Notes: generated by a model not told the origin, from the letters alone. Positions 11,694-23,879 are shown, counted from the first letter of the stretch. The stretch is 64,000 bases of DNA from a bacterium (GCA_963693055.1 OY843751.1:1792001-1856000), one strand, 5' to 3'. A program made the numbers and translations.

Positions 11694-13778
11694 ATGTCTA
11701 AAAGTAACACGCTAGAAAATTTCCGAAATATTGGCATTATGGCCCATATTGATGCAGGAAAAACCACAACCACCGAACGGATTTTATACTATACCGGCAA
11801 AGTTCATAGAATTGGTGAAGTTGATGATGGTGCTGCAACGATGGATTGGATGCAGCAGGAAAAAGAAAGAGGTATTACAATTACCTCGGCTGCTATTTCT
11901 TGTAGCTGGAAAAAACATCAAATTAACATTATTGACACACCAGGACATGTCGATTTTACTGCTGAAGTTGAACGTTCTTTGAGAGTGCTAGATGGTGCCG
12001 TCGCAATTTTTTGTGCTGTCGGTGGCGTCGAACCCCAATCAGAAGCTGTTTGGTTGCAGGCCAACAAGTACAAGATTCCTCGAATTGCTTATGTTAACAA
12101 AATGGATCGGATTGGTGCTGATTTTTTCAACGTTGTTGAGATGATGAAAAATAGATTATCAGCCGAACCTATTGTAATACAGTTGCCAATTGGTGCTGAA
12201 AGTGAATTTAAAGGTATTGTTGATCTTGTGCGAATGAAAGCAGTTGCATATGATGAAGCATCTTTTGGTTCCAGTTGGGAGGAAGTCGAAATTCCTTCTG
12301 AAATGATGGAAACTGCTGAAGAATTTCGTACTTACATGATTGAATCGTTAGCAGATCATGATGATAGTATCATGGAAAAATATTTATCTGGTGATGATGT
12401 TCAGGAAGGCGAGATTGTATCAGCTCTTCGAAAGATAACGTTGGGTTATAAAGGTGTTCCGGTACTGTGTGGTTCATCAGTCAAAAACAAAGGTGTGCAG
12501 CATTTGCTGGATGCAATTGTAAGCTTTTTGCCTAGCCCGCTGGATGTTCCAAGTATTGTTGGTATTAATCCTTATACTAATAAAGAAGAAAAGAGACATT
12601 CTGACGAAGAAGAGCCTTTTGCAGCGCTAGCATTTAAAGTTGCTACTGATCCATATGTTGGTCGATTAACTTTTATACGAGTTTATTCAGGAAGTATTGA
12701 AGCGGGTAAGGTTGCTTTAAATACAGAATCTGAAAAAAAGGAAAGAATTGGTCGTATTCTTGTAATGTCTTCCAATAAACGGCAAGATGTTAATAAGGTT
12801 TCCGCTGGTGAAATTGTCGCTATAGTAGGTTTGAGAGAAACTAAAACAGGTGACACACTTTGTGATATAAAGAATCCAATCTCTCTTGAAAGAATGAGTT
12901 TCCCTGTACCTGTTATTTCGGTTGCAATTGAGCCAAAATCTAAAGCTGATGAAGAAAAGTTGATAAATTCTTTAAATATGCTTGCTGAAGAAGATCCTAC
13001 TTTTGAATTTAAAACTGATCCTGAAACTGGTCAGATGGTAATTTCGGGAATGGGTGAGCTTCATCTCGAAATTTTGACTGATAGATTGTTTCGTGAATTT
13101 AAAGTCCAGGCTAATGTGGGAAAAACTCAGGTTGCTTATAGAGAGACTATAACGGAAACAGTTGTTAGTGAAATTAAATTTGCAAGACAAACCGGTGGTA
13201 AGGGACAGTTCGCTCATATTGTGGTTGAATTTGAGCCAACCGAACCGGGAGTTCATTTTCAATTTGAAAACAAAATTACCGGTGGTGATATACCAAAAGA
13301 ATTTATAAAGCCGGTTTCAGATGGGATAAAAGAATCAATGGTGAGTGGTATTATTGCAGGTTATCCTGTGATTGATATCAAAGCCTCGTTGATTGATGGT
13401 TCTTATCACGATGTAGATTCTTCAGAATTGTCATTCAAGATCGCCGGTTCAATGGCGCTTCAGGATGCGGTTCGGAAAGGCAAATCCATTTTAATGGAGC
13501 CCATGATGAGTCTCGAGGTTGTTACACCTGAAGAGTATTTCGGTACTATTTTGGGTGACCTTGGAGTGAGAAGAGCAAAGATTGAGGGACACGAGAAAAG
13601 ACACGGCGCACAAGTTATTGATTCAATTGTGCCTTTGGCGGAAATGTTTGGATACGCAACCGCGCTTCGGAATATGTCTCAAGGTCGTGCATATTTTACA
13701 ATGCAGTTTTCTAATTATATTAAAGTTAGTGAAGATGTTGCCAAAAAGCTTCTTGAGAAAATGGGGCTTGCGGCTTGA
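11694..13778 (+). CDS. fusA: Elongation factor G (diverged copy in the str operon)
   Basis: [44 protein letters not shown] motifs; 694 aa. Confidence 0.97.
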   Translation: MSKSNTLENFRNIGIMAHIDAGKTTTTERILYYTGKVHRIGEVDDGAATMDWMQQEKERGITITSAAISCSWKKHQINIIDTPGHVDFTAEVERSLRVLDGAVAIFCAVGGVEPQSEAVWLQANKYKIPRIAYVNKMDRIGADFFNVVEMMKNRLSAEPIVIQLPIGAESEFKGIVDLVRMKAVAYDEASFGSSWEEVEIPSEMMETAEEFRTYMIESLADHDDSIMEKYLSGDDVQEGEIVSALRKITLGYKGVPVLCGSSVKNKGVQHLLDAIVSFLPSPLDVPSIVGINPYTNKEEKRHSDEEEPFAALAFKVATDPYVGRLTFIRVYSGSIEAGKVALNTESEKKERIGRILVMSSNKRQDVNKVSAGEIVAIVGLRETKTGDTLCDIKNPISLERMSFPVPVISVAIEPKSKADEEKLINSLNMLAEEDPTFEFKTDPETGQMVISGMGELHLEILTDRLFREFKVQANVGKTQVAYRETITETVVSEIKFARQTGGKGQFAHIVVEFEPTEPGVHFQFENKITGGDIPKEFIKPVSDGIKESMVSGIIAGYPVIDIKASLIDGSYHDVDSSELSFKIAGSMALQDAVRKGKSILMEPMMSLEVVTPEEYFGTILGDLGVRRAKIEGHEKRHGAQVIDSIVPLAEMFGYATALRNMSQGRAYFTMQFSNYIKVSEDVAKKLLEKMGLAA

Positions 13779-13826
13779 ATATAGAAAAAAGTTTATTTTA
13801 AAATACAAATTTAAGGAGAATTTGTC

Positions 13827-15017
13827 ATGGCAAAGGAAAAGTTTGAGCGAACAAAGCCTCATGTGAATATTGGTACAATTGGTCACGTAGATCATGGTAA
13901 GACCACTTTGACGGCAGCGATTACTCAGACATTGAGCCGTCAAGGACTGGCCCAGGCTAGATCTTATGATGAAATTGACAATGCGCCGGAAGAAAAGGCA
14001 CGTGGATTAACGATTAATGTGCACCATGCTGAATATGAGAGTAAAAATCGTCACTATGCCCACGTTGACTGTCCGGGTCACGCTGACTATGTAAAGAATA
14101 TGGTAACCGGTGCAGCGCAGATGGACGGAGCGATCCTGGTAGTAAGCGCGGCAGATGGCCCTATGCCTCAGACCCGCGAGCACGTATTGCTTGCCCGTCA
14201 GGTAAACGTACCTTATTTGGTAGTATTTTTGAACAAAGCAGATCAGGTAGATGATCCTGAATTGCTCGAACTGGTTGAGCTTGAAGTGCGTGAATTGTTG
14301 AGTCAGTACGAATTCCCAGGTGATGACATTCCAGTAATTACTGGTAGTGCATTGCAGGCTCTTGAAAATCCGGAAGATGATGCCAAGATCCAACCGATTC
14401 TTGATTTGATGGAAGCAGTTGATACTTATATTCCTGAACCGGAACGTGATATCGACAAGCCCTTCCTGATGCCGGTAGAAGATGTGTTCTCAATCACTGG
14501 TCGTGGTACTGTAGCAACCGGTCGTATTGAGCGCGGTATTGTCAAGGTACAGGAAGAAGTAGAGATCATTGGTCTTGGATTGAAGAAAAAGACAGTATGT
14601 ACCGGTGTAGAAATGTTCCGTAAGCTTTTGGATCAGGGTGAAGCCGGTGACAATGCAGGTCTGTTACTTCGTGGTGTTGACAAAGAAGAAATTGTTCGCG
14701 GAATGGTAATCGCGAAACCAGGTTCAATTACACCTCACAGAAAATTTCAGGGCGAGGTTTACGTATTGAGTAAAGAAGAAGGTGGACGTCATACACCATT
14801 CTTTAATGGATACCGTCCCCAGTTCTATTTCCGTACCACAGATGTAACTGGTGCAGTAGAGCTTCCTGAAGGAACTGAAATGGTAATGCCTGGCGATAAT
14901 GTAACAATTACCGGTGAATTGATCACTGATATCGCTATGGAAGAAGGATTGCGTTTTGCTATCCGTGAAGGTGGCCGCACAGTAGGTGCAGGTGTTGTAA
15001 CTAAAATTATTGAATAA
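13827..15017 (+). CDS. tuf: Elongation factor Tu
   Basis: [31 protein letters not shown]; SD AAGGAG. Confidence 0.99.
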   Translation: MAKEKFERTKPHVNIGTIGHVDHGKTTLTAAITQTLSRQGLAQARSYDEIDNAPEEKARGLTINVHHAEYESKNRHYAHVDCPGHADYVKNMVTGAAQMDGAILVVSAADGPMPQTREHVLLARQVNVPYLVVFLNKADQVDDPELLELVELEVRELLSQYEFPGDDIPVITGSALQALENPEDDAKIQPILDLMEAVDTYIPEPERDIDKPFLMPVEDVFSITGRGTVATGRIERGIVKVQEEVEIIGLGLKKKTVCTGVEMFRKLLDQGEAGDNAGLLLRGVDKEEIVRGMVIAKPGSITPHRKFQGEVYVLSKEEGGRHTPFFNGYRPQFYFRTTDVTGAVELPEGTEMVMPGDNVTITGELITDIAMEEGLRFAIREGGRTVGAGVVTKIIE

Positions 15018-15058
15018 TGAATAGTTATTTTGAAACTATGAGATTTGGAGATAAATAA

Positions 15059-15367
15059 ATGGCGGGTCAAAAAATTCGCATAAAATTAAAAGCATACGAT
15101 CATCGTTTGATTGACAAGTCTACAGAGAAAATTATCAAAACTGCAAAACAGACAGGTGCTATGATTTCTGGACCTATTCCACTGCCTACTTGTCGGTCAG
15201 TATATACTGTTTTGCGTTCACCTCATGTTGATAAAAAATCACGTGAGCAGTTTGAAACCCGTATCCATAAACGTCTGGTAGATATTTTAAATTCATCTCC
15301 CAAGACAGTGGATGCACTGATGAAGCTGGAGTTACCTGCCGGCGTAGATGTAGAAATTAAAGTGTGA
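15059..15367 (+). CDS. rpsJ: 30S ribosomal protein S10
   Basis: [25 protein letters not shown]. Confidence 0.99.
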   Translation: MAGQKIRIKLKAYDHRLIDKSTEKIIKTAKQTGAMISGPIPLPTCRSVYTVLRSPHVDKKSREQFETRIHKRLVDILNSSPKTVDALMKLELPAGVDVEIKV

Positions 15368-15429
15368 TCAAATTAATCAACGTAAATTTGACCTGTAATT
15401 GAAAGCTTAACTATTATTTCGGAATATCC

Positions 15430-16050
15430 ATGCAAGCGATAATTGGTAAAAAAATCGGAATGACCCAATACTTTGATGAAAAAGGCAACTCAAGTGCTGC
15501 TACAGTAATTGAAGCGGGTCCCTGTTATGTAACACAGGTAAAAACCAAAGAAACCGACGGTTACAATTCTGTACAGTTGGGCTTTGGTGAGAAAAAAGAG
15601 AAAAATGTTACCAAACCGGTAAAAGGTCACTTTGCAAAAGCCGGTGTCAAACCTGCAAAGATCTTGAAAGAGATTAGAGACTTTTATAGTGAAGAACCTT
15701 TAAAACCGGGCGACGCTATTACAGTAGATACTTTCCAAGAAGGTGATGTAGTAGCTGTTACTGGTGTAAGTAAAGGTAAAGGTTTTGCCGGTGTTATGAA
15801 ACGCCACAATTTTGGTGGTGGTGAACAAACACACGGACAAAGTGATCGTTGGCGTGCTCCTGGTTCAATTGGCCAATCCTCTTATCCGTCAAAGGTATTC
15901 AAGGGTATACGAATGGCCGGTCGTATGGGTGGTAAGCAAGTTTCTACATTGGGTCTAACTGTATTAAAGGTAGATCTCGATAATAATTTGCTTATCGTTA
16001 AAGGAGCCGTTCCTGGTGCAAATAAGGGAATTGTATTAATTAGAAAGTAA
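15430..16050 (+). CDS. rplC: 50S ribosomal protein L3
   Basis: GKKIGMTQ, SKGKGFAGVMKRH, KGAVPGA. Confidence 0.99.
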   Translation: MQAIIGKKIGMTQYFDEKGNSSAATVIEAGPCYVTQVKTKETDGYNSVQLGFGEKKEKNVTKPVKGHFAKAGVKPAKILKEIRDFYSEEPLKPGDAITVDTFQEGDVVAVTGVSKGKGFAGVMKRHNFGGGEQTHGQSDRWRAPGSIGQSSYPSKVFKGIRMAGRMGGKQVSTLGLTVLKVDLDNNLLIVKGAVPGANKGIVLIRK

Positions 16051-16055
16051 AGATA

Positions 16056-16685
16056 ATGGAACTTGAAGTTTACACAAAAGACGGCAGTGCTACCGGCAGA
16101 AAAATTGAGGTTTCAGATAAAGTCTTTAATGCTGAAATTAACGATCATGCGGTTTATCTTGATGTTCAGTCTTATATGACGAACAATCGACAGGGTACGC
16201 ATGCTACCAAAACTCGCGGACTTGTTTCTGGTGGTGGTCGTAAACCTTGGAAGCAAAAAGGAAGAGGAACTGCACGTGCCGGTACGTCCCGTTCACCGAT
16301 TTGGCGTGGTGGTGGTACGGTTCATGGTCCTCAGCCACATCCTTATGTATTTCGTTTACCGCGTAAGGTAAAAAAACTTGCCAGAATATCAGTACTCTCA
16401 GGCAAGAACAGAGATGATCAGTTCCGCGTAATTGAAGATTTTAATCTTGATGTAGTAAAGACCAAAGAAATGTTTAAAGTTCTTACCGGTTTTGGTTTAG
16501 AGAGTACAAAAACTCTTGTTTTGTTGCCGGAATATAATTCCGACATTTTATTGGCAAGTCGTAATATCAAAAATCTTCGTGTTTTAACTGCCAAAGATGC
16601 ATCGACTTATGATTTATTGGATTGCAAAGCGTTACTTGTAATGGAAAGTGCAATCGAAAAACTGGAAGGTACGTTGTTATCATGA
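16056..16685 (+). CDS. rplD: 50S ribosomal protein L4
   Basis: RQGTHATKTRG..SGGGRKPWKQKG, SPIWRGGG. Confidence 0.99.
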   Translation: MELEVYTKDGSATGRKIEVSDKVFNAEINDHAVYLDVQSYMTNNRQGTHATKTRGLVSGGGRKPWKQKGRGTARAGTSRSPIWRGGGTVHGPQPHPYVFRLPRKVKKLARISVLSGKNRDDQFRVIEDFNLDVVKTKEMFKVLTGFGLESTKTLVLLPEYNSDILLASRNIKNLRVLTAKDASTYDLLDCKALLVMESAIEKLEGTLLS

Positions 16686-16990
16686 GAAAAGATCAAGAAA
16701 TTTTGATAAAGCCCATTTTAACAGAAAAAATGTTAAGGTTGCAAGAAGGCCAGGGCAAATATGCGTTTGTTGTTAACAGTAGCGCAAATAAAATTGAAAT
16801 TAAACAGGCAGTTCAGAAAAAGTTTGATGTAACAGTAGATTCAGTGTGTACAGTTTTTGTTAAAGGCAAATCCAAAAAAATGAATACACGTAGAGGAATT
16901 ACCAGAGGTAATCGCCCGAACTGGAAAAAGGCTATTGTTACTTTGCGGAGTGGTGACTCTATTGATTTCTTTGAAGGTACAACAAGCTGA
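16682..16990 (+). CDS. rplW: 50S ribosomal protein L23
   Basis: PILTEK, ANKIEIKQAV, WKKAIVTL; start moved to ATG 16682, which overlaps the rplD stop (ATGA). Confidence 0.97.
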   Translation: MRKDQEILIKPILTEKMLRLQEGQGKYAFVVNSSANKIEIKQAVQKKFDVTVDSVCTVFVKGKSKKMNTRRGITRGNRPNWKKAIVTLRSGDSIDFFEGTTS

Positions 16991-17015
16991 TTTGCTGAAT
17001 TGGGAGAGTATTTAA

Positions 17016-17837
17016 ATGGCTTTAAAAACATATAAACCTGTTACACCCGGACAGCGATTCAAAACGGTAAATTCATTTGATGAAATTACCAGCACTGAAA
17101 CTGTACGGTCGTTATTGGCCCCGGTTAAAAAAACCGGTGGACGTAACAATAACGGACGTGTAACATCAAGACGTCGTGGAGGCGGTCACAAGCGTCAATA
17201 TCGAATTATTGATTTCAAAAGAGATAAATTTGATATTCCGGCTAAAGTTGCTGCAATCCAATACGACCCAAACCGTAGTGCTTTTATAGCATTGTTAAAC
17301 TATGCAGATGGTGAGAAAAGATATATTCTTTCACCTGTTGGTTTAAAAGTTGATGACCAGATTATGTCTGGTGAAAATTCAGACATTCGTGTTGGTAACG
17401 CGATGCCACTTGCCAAGATACCAATGGGTACAACAATTCATAATATTGAATTGAAAAAAGGTAAAGGTGGTCAAATTGCTCGTGGCGCTGGCGCTTATGC
17501 TCAACTTGTAGCAAAAGAGGGTGATTACGCACTGTTAAAAATGCCCTCAAGTGAAGTAAGAATGGTTAGGCTGGAATGTATGGCAACCATCGGTCAGGTT
17601 GGCAATACTGATCATATGAATATCAGTATTGGTAAAGCTGGTCGTTCTCGTTGGATGGGAAAACGTCCCAAGGTTCGTGGTGTAGCAATGAACCCGGTAG
17701 ATCACCCAATGGGTGGTGGTGAAGGGCGTTCTTCTGGAGGTCGTCACCCGTGTACCCCATGGGGTAAGCCGACCAAAGGTTACAAAACCCGTAAAGCTAA
17801 ACAATCTGATAAATTTATAGTTAAACGACGTAAATAA
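17016..17837 (+). CDS. rplB: 50S ribosomal protein L2
   Basis: [31 protein letters not shown]. Confidence 0.99.
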   Translation: MALKTYKPVTPGQRFKTVNSFDEITSTETVRSLLAPVKKTGGRNNNGRVTSRRRGGGHKRQYRIIDFKRDKFDIPAKVAAIQYDPNRSAFIALLNYADGEKRYILSPVGLKVDDQIMSGENSDIRVGNAMPLAKIPMGTTIHNIELKKGKGGQIARGAGAYAQLVAKEGDYALLKMPSSEVRMVRLECMATIGQVGNTDHMNISIGKAGRSRWMGKRPKVRGVAMNPVDHPMGGGEGRSSGGRHPCTPWGKPTKGYKTRKAKQSDKFIVKRRK

Positions 17838-17849
17838 CAGGAAATCCAG

Positions 17850-18131
17850 ATGGCACGTTCTCTAAAAAAAGGCCCTTACATAGACGAAAAACTTTTGATT
17901 AAAATCGAAGCAATGAATTCGTCTAATCAGAAAAAAGTAATCAAAACATGGGCAAGACGTTCAACAATTCCGCCGGAATTTATAGGACATACTCTTGCGG
18001 TTCATAACGGGAATAAATTTATTCCTGTATATATTTCCGAAAATATGGTAGGTCATAAATTGGGCGAATTTGCTCCGACCCGTACATATAGAGGACATGT
18101 AAATAAAAAAGCAGAAAAATCAAAGCATTAG
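17850..18131 (+). CDS. rpsS: 30S ribosomal protein S19
   Basis: [21 protein letters not shown]. Confidence 0.99.
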   Translation: MARSLKKGPYIDEKLLIKIEAMNSSNQKKVIKTWARRSTIPPEFIGHTLAVHNGNKFIPVYISENMVGHKLGEFAPTRTYRGHVNKKAEKSKH

Positions 18132-18163
18132 TCGTTAATACGTAAAGCTTTTGGAGATATTCA

Positions 18164-18505
18164 ATGGAAGCAAAGGCGATTGCGAAGTGGGTTCGCATGT
18201 CACCATTCAAGGTTCGGCGAGTAGCCAAATTGATCCGCGGAAAGGTTGTTAATGAAGCAATCAATATTCTGCATTTCAATGATACCGCCGCTTCAGAGCC
18301 GCTTGAAAAAGCAGTTCGATCAGCAGTGGCAAATCTGGTAAACAACCAGGATGCCAAAGTTTCGCCTGAAGATCTTTATATTAAAGAACTAAAGGTAGAT
18401 GGTGGTTTTCAGTTAAAACGTTTCCGCGCCGCATCAATGGGTCGCGCGTCACGTATCCGTAAGCGCACCAGTCATATTACAGTTGTTGTAGCCGAACAAG
18501 AATAA
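18164..18505 (+). CDS. rplV: 50S ribosomal protein L22
   Basis: [27 protein letters not shown]. Confidence 0.98.
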   Translation: MEAKAIAKWVRMSPFKVRRVAKLIRGKVVNEAINILHFNDTAASEPLEKAVRSAVANLVNNQDAKVSPEDLYIKELKVDGGFQLKRFRAASMGRASRIRKRTSHITVVVAEQE

Positions 18506-18531
18506 GTAAATTAAGAGATAAGGAGATACAT

Positions 18532-19170
18532 TTGGGACAAAAAACTAACCCAGTCGGTTTCAGACTTGGAGTTATCCGCACCTGGGATTCCAAGTGGTTC
18601 GATGAAAAGAATTTTGCCCACAAACTAAGTGAAGACTTGATGTTGCGACGCTACGTTCAAAACAGATTACAACGTGCAAGCGTATCCAAGATTGAAGTTG
18701 AACGTACGGCAAAGCAAATTACATTGACCATCCATACTGCACGTCCTGGTATTGTTATTGGACGTAAAGGTGCAGAAGTGGACAAGCTGAAAGAAGAATT
18801 ACAGCGTGTGACCGGTATGGATGTACAAATCAATATCAATGAAATTAAACGTCCTGAATTAGATGCTTATTTGGTGGCTACAAATATTGCAAATCAATTG
18901 GCCGGTAAAATATCATTTCGTCGTGCTATGAAAAAAGCCATCATGTCAGCAATGCGAATGGGTGCTGAAGGTATCCGTATTTGTTGTTCAGGTCGACTTG
19001 GTGGTGCAGAAATGGCACGTACCGAACAGTACAAAAACGGCCGTATTCCTTTGCACACTTTACGTGCAGATATAGACTTTGCACGTACAACCGCACATAC
19101 AACTTATGGCGCCATTGGTGTTAAAGTGTGGATATGCAAAGGTGAAGTAATTGGTGATGTATCCGAATGA
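18532..19170 (+). CDS. rpsC: 30S ribosomal protein S3
   Basis: [35 protein letters not shown]; TTG start. Confidence 0.99.
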   Translation: MGQKTNPVGFRLGVIRTWDSKWFDEKNFAHKLSEDLMLRRYVQNRLQRASVSKIEVERTAKQITLTIHTARPGIVIGRKGAEVDKLKEELQRVTGMDVQININEIKRPELDAYLVATNIANQLAGKISFRRAMKKAIMSAMRMGAEGIRICCSGRLGGAEMARTEQYKNGRIPLHTLRADIDFARTTAHTTYGAIGVKVWICKGEVIGDVSE

Positions 19171-19191
19171 TTTTAATGGAGCGATAATCCA

Positions 19192-19611
19192 ATGTTAATG
19201 CCAAAAAGAATCAAATATAGAAAAGTTCATCGCGGAAATCGTAAGGGTAAAGCTATCCGTGGTTCTCAGATTTCTTTCGGAAAATATGGTCTGAAAGCAA
19301 TGGAGCCACATTGGATTACAGCCCGTCAGATTGAAGCTGCTCGTATTGCGATGACACGTTATGTAAAACGTACTGGTAAAGTATGGATCCGTATTTTTCC
19401 GGACAAACCTATTACCAAAAAGCCCGCAGAAACTCGTATGGGTAAAGGTAAGGGTGCACCAGAATATTGGGTATCTAATGTAAAACCTGGACGTATTATG
19501 TTTGAGCTTGATGGTGTGTCTGAAGAACAGGCACGTGAAGCACTGCGTCTTGCAGCGCACAAGCTCCCCTTGAAGACAAAATTTGTCATGGTTGCAGAGA
19601 CTGGAGAATAA
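19192..19611 (+). CDS. rplP: 50S ribosomal protein L16
   Basis: [23 protein letters not shown]. Confidence 0.99.
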   Translation: MLMPKRIKYRKVHRGNRKGKAIRGSQISFGKYGLKAMEPHWITARQIEAARIAMTRYVKRTGKVWIRIFPDKPITKKPAETRMGKGKGAPEYWVSNVKPGRIMFELDGVSEEQAREALRLAAHKLPLKTKFVMVAETGE

Positions 19612-19615
19612 TGCA

Positions 19616-19807
19616 ATGAAAATTGATGAATTGCGGCAATTATCTGCTGAAGATTTAAAATTACAGCTGGAAGATGCGATGGAAGAAATGGAAAATCTCC
19701 GTTTTCAACATTCCACACATCAGCTTGATAATCCGCTGTTGATTAGATTTAAACGTAAAGAAATTGCACGTATAAAGACTTTAATTACTGAAAGTTCAAA
19801 TAATTAA
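19616..19807 (+). CDS. rpmC: 50S ribosomal protein L29
   Basis: [20 protein letters not shown]; ATG 19616 preferred to the ORF-track start. Confidence 0.95.
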   Translation: MKIDELRQLSAEDLKLQLEDAMEEMENLRFQHSTHQLDNPLLIRFKRKEIARIKTLITESSNN

Positions 19808-19840
19808 GCCGTTAAAATAAATTTGGCTTGGAGAATTTAA

Positions 19841-20098
19841 GTGGAAGAAAGAAATTTTAGAAAGTCTATTGTTGGTGTTGTTGCCTCTGATAAGATGGAC
19901 AAAAGCCGGGTTATTGTTGTTGAGCGCAACATTATGCATCCACTTTACAAGAAATTTGTAAAGAAAACTTCTAAATTTATGGCACATGATGAAAACAATG
20001 AAAGCCATATTGGCGATACCGTCCGTTTGATGGAAACACGTCCTTTAAGCAAAAGAAAACGTTGGCGGTTAGTTGAAATCGTTGAACGTGCCAAATAA
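19841..20098 (+). CDS. rpsQ: 30S ribosomal protein S17
   Basis: [27 protein letters not shown]; GTG start. Confidence 0.99.
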   Translation: MEERNFRKSIVGVVASDKMDKSRVIVVERNIMHPLYKKFVKKTSKFMAHDENNESHIGDTVRLMETRPLSKRKRWRLVEIVERAK

Positions 20099-20137
20099 TT
20101 GAATTTAAGCTAAACCGCGTAGAGAAGGATTGCAACA

Positions 20138-20506
20138 ATGATTCAAGAATATAGCAAACTCAATGTCGCAGACAATACTGGTGCTAAAAAAGTTATGTGC
20201 ATCAAGGTTTTAGGTGGCAGTAAAAGACGCTATGCAACAGTAGGCGATGTGATCATCGTATCTGTCAAACAGGCAATGCCTAACGGAACCGTAAAAAAAG
20301 GTGATAAAAGTAAAGCGGTTATTGTTCGTACAAAGAAAGAAAATCGCCGTAAAGATGGTTCCTATATCAGGTTTGATGAAAATGCAGCAGTATTGATCAA
20401 TGATGCTTTGGAACCCAGAGGTAGTCGTATCTTTGGACCGGTTGCTCGTGAATTGCGTGAAAAAGAATTCATGAAAATCGTATCGTTGGCACCAGAAGTA
20501 TTGTAA
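20138..20506 (+). CDS. rplN: 50S ribosomal protein L14
   Basis: [26 protein letters not shown]. Confidence 0.99.
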   Translation: MIQEYSKLNVADNTGAKKVMCIKVLGGSKRRYATVGDVIIVSVKQAMPNGTVKKGDKSKAVIVRTKKENRRKDGSYIRFDENAAVLINDALEPRGSRIFGPVARELREKEFMKIVSLAPEVL

Positions 20507-20539
20507 TTTGAATAATTTATCAAATAATCGGATAATATC

Positions 20540-20866
20540 ATGCGTGTAAGAAAAAACGATCAAGTATTGGTAATAGCTGGAGAGCAAAAAGGAACCAAAG
20601 GTAAAGTTCTTAAAGTGTATCCAGAGTCCAATAGAATAATTGTGGAAGGTGTAAATTTTATAAAGAGACATACAAGGCCTTCACAGCAGAACCCTCAGGG
20701 TGGCATTGTTGAAAAAGAAGCACCTATTCATGTATCAAATGTAATGGTTCTTTGCCCCAAAACCGGAGTACCAACCCGGTTGGGTTCAAATGAGATATTT
20801 GATGAGTCACGCAAAAAAAACAAGCGTGTACGCATTTGCAAAAAAAGTGGTGAAATGATCGTTTAG
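20540..20866 (+). CDS. rplX: 50S ribosomal protein L24
   Basis: KOW motif; [15 protein letters not shown]. Confidence 0.98.
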   Translation: MRVRKNDQVLVIAGEQKGTKGKVLKVYPESNRIIVEGVNFIKRHTRPSQQNPQGGIVEKEAPIHVSNVMVLCPKTGVPTRLGSNEIFDESRKKNKRVRICKKSGEMIV

Positions 20867-20890
20867 GTCAAAATTGGTGGAATAATAATA

Positions 20891-21451
20891 ATGGCAAAAC
20901 AAGATTACAAACCAAGGTTAATCGACGTCTATAAAAACCAAATTGCACCTCAGATGCAAAAAAAGTTCGAGTATGGCAACGTTATGGAAATTCCTAAACT
21001 TGAAAAAATAGTACTCAACATGGGTGTAGGCGAAGGTACCGAAAGTGCTAAAAATGTTGATACTGCAATGGAAGACATGATCAAAATTGCAGGACAAAAA
21101 CCAGTAATTCGTCGTGCCAAGAAATCCATATCAAATTTTAAATTACGCCAGGGCATGCCGGTAGGCTGTAGTGTAACACTGAGACGTAATCATATGTATG
21201 AATTCTTGGACCGTTTAATTTCTGTCGCTATTCCCCGTGTACGTGATTTTCGGGGATTGCCGGTAAAATTCGATGGACGCGGTAATTATAACATGTCAGT
21301 AAAGGAACAATTGGTGTTCCCTGAAATTGATTATGATAAAATTGATAAAATTCGCGGATTTAATATTACCATCGTTACAACGGCCAAAACAGATGAGGAA
21401 GCATTCGAACTGTTGAGTGCTTTTGGAATGCCGTTTGTTAAAAAGTCTTAA
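20891..21451 (+). CDS. rplE: 50S ribosomal protein L5
   Basis: [28 protein letters not shown]. Confidence 0.99.
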   Translation: MAKQDYKPRLIDVYKNQIAPQMQKKFEYGNVMEIPKLEKIVLNMGVGEGTESAKNVDTAMEDMIKIAGQKPVIRRAKKSISNFKLRQGMPVGCSVTLRRNHMYEFLDRLISVAIPRVRDFRGLPVKFDGRGNYNMSVKEQLVFPEIDYDKIDKIRGFNITIVTTAKTDEEAFELLSAFGMPFVKKS

Positions 21452-21467
21452 AAGGTGAGGAGTTATC

Positions 21468-21653
21468 TTGGCAAAGAAAGCATTGATCGTTAAGGCAAAT
21501 AAAGAGCCTAAATTTAAAGTCAGGAAATACAATCGCTGTTCCAGATGCGGTCGTCCTCGGGCATATTACCGCAAGTTTGGTGTATGTCGTTTATGTTTGC
21601 GCGATTTAGCCCTGGAAGGAAAGATTCCTGGCGTTATCAAAGCAAGTTGGTAA
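21468..21653 (+). CDS. rpsN: 30S ribosomal protein S14, short Zn-binding type
   Basis: 61 aa; CSRCGRPR...[13 protein letters not shown]; TTG start. Confidence 0.98.
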   Translation: MAKKALIVKANKEPKFKVRKYNRCSRCGRPRAYYRKFGVCRLCLRDLALEGKIPGVIKASW

Positions 21654-21711
21654 TTAATAATTAAATCCATTAGTAATTGTTTACGATTAAGGGTTGTTAG
21701 GGAGAACTTAA

Positions 21712-22110
21712 ATGTCTAAAACTGATCCCATCGCTGATTATCTGACAAGAATCAGAAATGCGAGTAGGGCTAAACATCGTAAAGTCGATATTCCGGCTTC
21801 GAGCTTGAAAAAACAAATAACAAAAATATTACAAGAAGAAGCCTATATAAAGAATCATTTGATTATTGAAGATGGTAAACAGTCCTTAATTCGCATTTAT
21901 TTGAGATATAATGAAAGCAATGAGCCCATTATCTCGGGTTTGAAGCGAATCAGTAAGCCTGGTTATAGAAGATATGTAGGTAAAGATAGAGTGCCACGTG
22001 TATTCAATAACCTGGGTGTAGCCATCATGACGACTTCTCATGGTGTAATGACCGGCCAGGAAGCCCGTAAAAAGGGTATTGGCGGTGAAATTTTATGTTA
22101 CGTTTGGTAA
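21712..22110 (+). CDS. rpsH: 30S ribosomal protein S8
   Basis: [33 protein letters not shown]. Confidence 0.99.
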   Translation: MSKTDPIADYLTRIRNASRAKHRKVDIPASSLKKQITKILQEEAYIKNHLIIEDGKQSLIRIYLRYNESNEPIISGLKRISKPGYRRYVGKDRVPRVFNNLGVAIMTTSHGVMTGQEARKKGIGGEILCYVW

Positions 22111-22131
22111 AACGCTAATTAGGAGATTATT

Positions 22132-22674
22132 GTGTCACGAATTGGAAAACTTCCAATAATAGTTCCCGAAGATGTGAATGTTACGATCACGGGAAACGCT
22201 ATCACAGCAAAGGGCCCAAAGGGCGAGTTGTCTGTTGATGTCCATCCGGAAATGATAATTTCATTTGAAGACGGTCAAATTGCTGTCAAGCGTCCGTCCG
22301 ACGGAAAAATTCATCGCGAATTACATGGACTTTCACGCTCTTTGGTTAGTAATATTGTTGAAGGTGTGAAAACCGGTTTCGAAAAACGCCTGGAAATTGT
22401 TGGCGTAGGATACCGTGCAGAGATGAAAGGTATTAAACTTGTTCTTTCTCTTGGTTATTCTCACCAGATCATATTTGTACCCCCTGAAAGCATTGAAATT
22501 GCTGTTGAAGGAAAAGGAAACAATACGATTATTGTCAAAGGGATTAAGAAAGAACTGGTTGGCCAGGTTGCTGCAAAGATTCGGTCTTTCAGACCACCCG
22601 AACCATATAAAGGTAAAGGTGTAAGATATGCGAATGAAGTTGTACGTAAAAAAGCTGGAAAGACAGCAAAATAA
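22132..22674 (+). CDS. rplF: 50S ribosomal protein L6
   Basis: SRIGKLPI, RPPEPYKGKGVRY; GTG start. Confidence 0.99.
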   Translation: MSRIGKLPIIVPEDVNVTITGNAITAKGPKGELSVDVHPEMIISFEDGQIAVKRPSDGKIHRELHGLSRSLVSNIVEGVKTGFEKRLEIVGVGYRAEMKGIKLVLSLGYSHQIIFVPPESIEIAVEGKGNNTIIVKGIKKELVGQVAAKIRSFRPPEPYKGKGVRYANEVVRKKAGKTAK

Positions 22675-22714
22675 ACGTATAATAACCAGATAATTATTAA
22701 TCAGAGATAAGAAA

Positions 22715-23089
22715 ATGGCAAATAATACAAGTATAAAGAAATTGGCTCGTGAACGTCGCCGCAAACACATCCGCAAAGCATTAAGCGGAACACCTGAAAA
22801 ACCCAGACTGGTGGTTTTTCGTAGCAATAAGCAGATTTATGGTCAAATCATTGATGATGTAAACCGTAATACTTTGATATCTGCATCCAGTCAGACGAAA
22901 GAAATTGCTGCAGATGTTCAGAAAGCAAAAAGTAAAACTGAAGTTGCTCAAATTGTAGGTAAATATTTGGCTGAACAGGCAGTTCAGAAAAAACTGTCTA
23001 TTGTTGTTTTTGATCGTGCCGGATATATTTACCATGGCCGTGTTAAAGCTTTTGCAGATGGTGCAAGAGAAGGCGGATTGAAATTTTAA
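22715..23089 (+). CDS. rplR: 50S ribosomal protein L18
   Basis: [32 protein letters not shown]. Confidence 0.99.
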   Translation: MANNTSIKKLARERRRKHIRKALSGTPEKPRLVVFRSNKQIYGQIIDDVNRNTLISASSQTKEIAADVQKAKSKTEVAQIVGKYLAEQAVQKKLSIVVFDRAGYIYHGRVKAFADGAREGGLKF

Positions 23090-23113
23090 GATAATTGAAA
23101 TTCAAGGTGTAAA

Positions 23114-23662
23114 ATGAAAAATCGCGTGGAAAAAATAAATCCCAACGAATTGGATTTGACTGAAAAGGTTGTTCATGTTAACCGTGTTGCCAAAGTAGTC
23201 AAGGGTGGTCGACGCTTCAGTTTTAACGCTATTGTTGTTGTTGGTGATGGCAATGGACATGTAGGAATTGGTTTAGGTAAAGCCAACGAGGTAACCGACT
23301 GTATTTCTAAAGGTGTTGAAGCTGCTAAAAAGAACCTGAAATCAGTTCCCTTGATTAATGGAACTATAACACATGAGATTGAAGGCAAATACGGTGCAGG
23401 TAAAGTATTTTTAAAACCAGCTTCTCCTGGTACAGGTGTAATTGCTGGTGGCCCTGTACGTGCAATTATGGAAGCTGTTGGTGTTAAAGATGTTTTAACA
23501 AAAAGCCGTGGTTCTGCTAATCCACATAACGTTGTTAAAGCTACAATGAATGCCCTGGAATCACTGATGGATGTACAATCCATTGCAAGAAAACGCAATA
23601 TGACAGTTATGCGTGTTTTCAATACCGTACCTAAAGTACAGCCGGTTGAAGAGAGTGAATAA
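23114..23662 (+). CDS. rpsE: 30S ribosomal protein S5
   Basis: [26 protein letters not shown]. Confidence 0.99.
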   Translation: MKNRVEKINPNELDLTEKVVHVNRVAKVVKGGRRFSFNAIVVVGDGNGHVGIGLGKANEVTDCISKGVEAAKKNLKSVPLINGTITHEIEGKYGAGKVFLKPASPGTGVIAGGPVRAIMEAVGVKDVLTKSRGSANPHNVVKATMNALESLMDVQSIARKRNMTVMRVFNTVPKVQPVEESE

Positions 23663-23687
23663 GATTTAATTTTTGGGAAAAACCAAG

Positions 23688-23879
23688 ATGGCAAAAAAAA
23701 CAAAAAGAATTAAAATTACCTTGGTACGCAGTACCATTGGCCGACTGAAAAAGCAAAAAGATACAGCAATTGCACTTGGCTTAAATAAGGTAAATAAAAC
23801 TGTTGAACATGATGATTCACCTGTTATTCGTGGAATGGTGAACCGTATTTCGCATCTTGTTCAGGTAGATGAAGTTTAA
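23688..23879 (+). CDS. rpmD: 50S ribosomal protein L30
   Basis: IKITLVRSTIG, ALGL, IRGMV; between rpsE and rplO; start 23688 (ATG) or 23673 (TTG). Confidence 0.96.
   Translation: MAKKTKRIKITLVRSTIGRLKKQKDTAIALGLNKVNKTVEHDDSPVIRGMVNRISHLVQVDEV

Noticed and set aside
2391-15017. Inteins, introns or frameshifts in rpoB, rpoC, fusA or tuf
   Set aside because: The ORFs are continuous and of normal length; the insertions look like lineage-specific RNA-polymerase inserts without splicing motifs.
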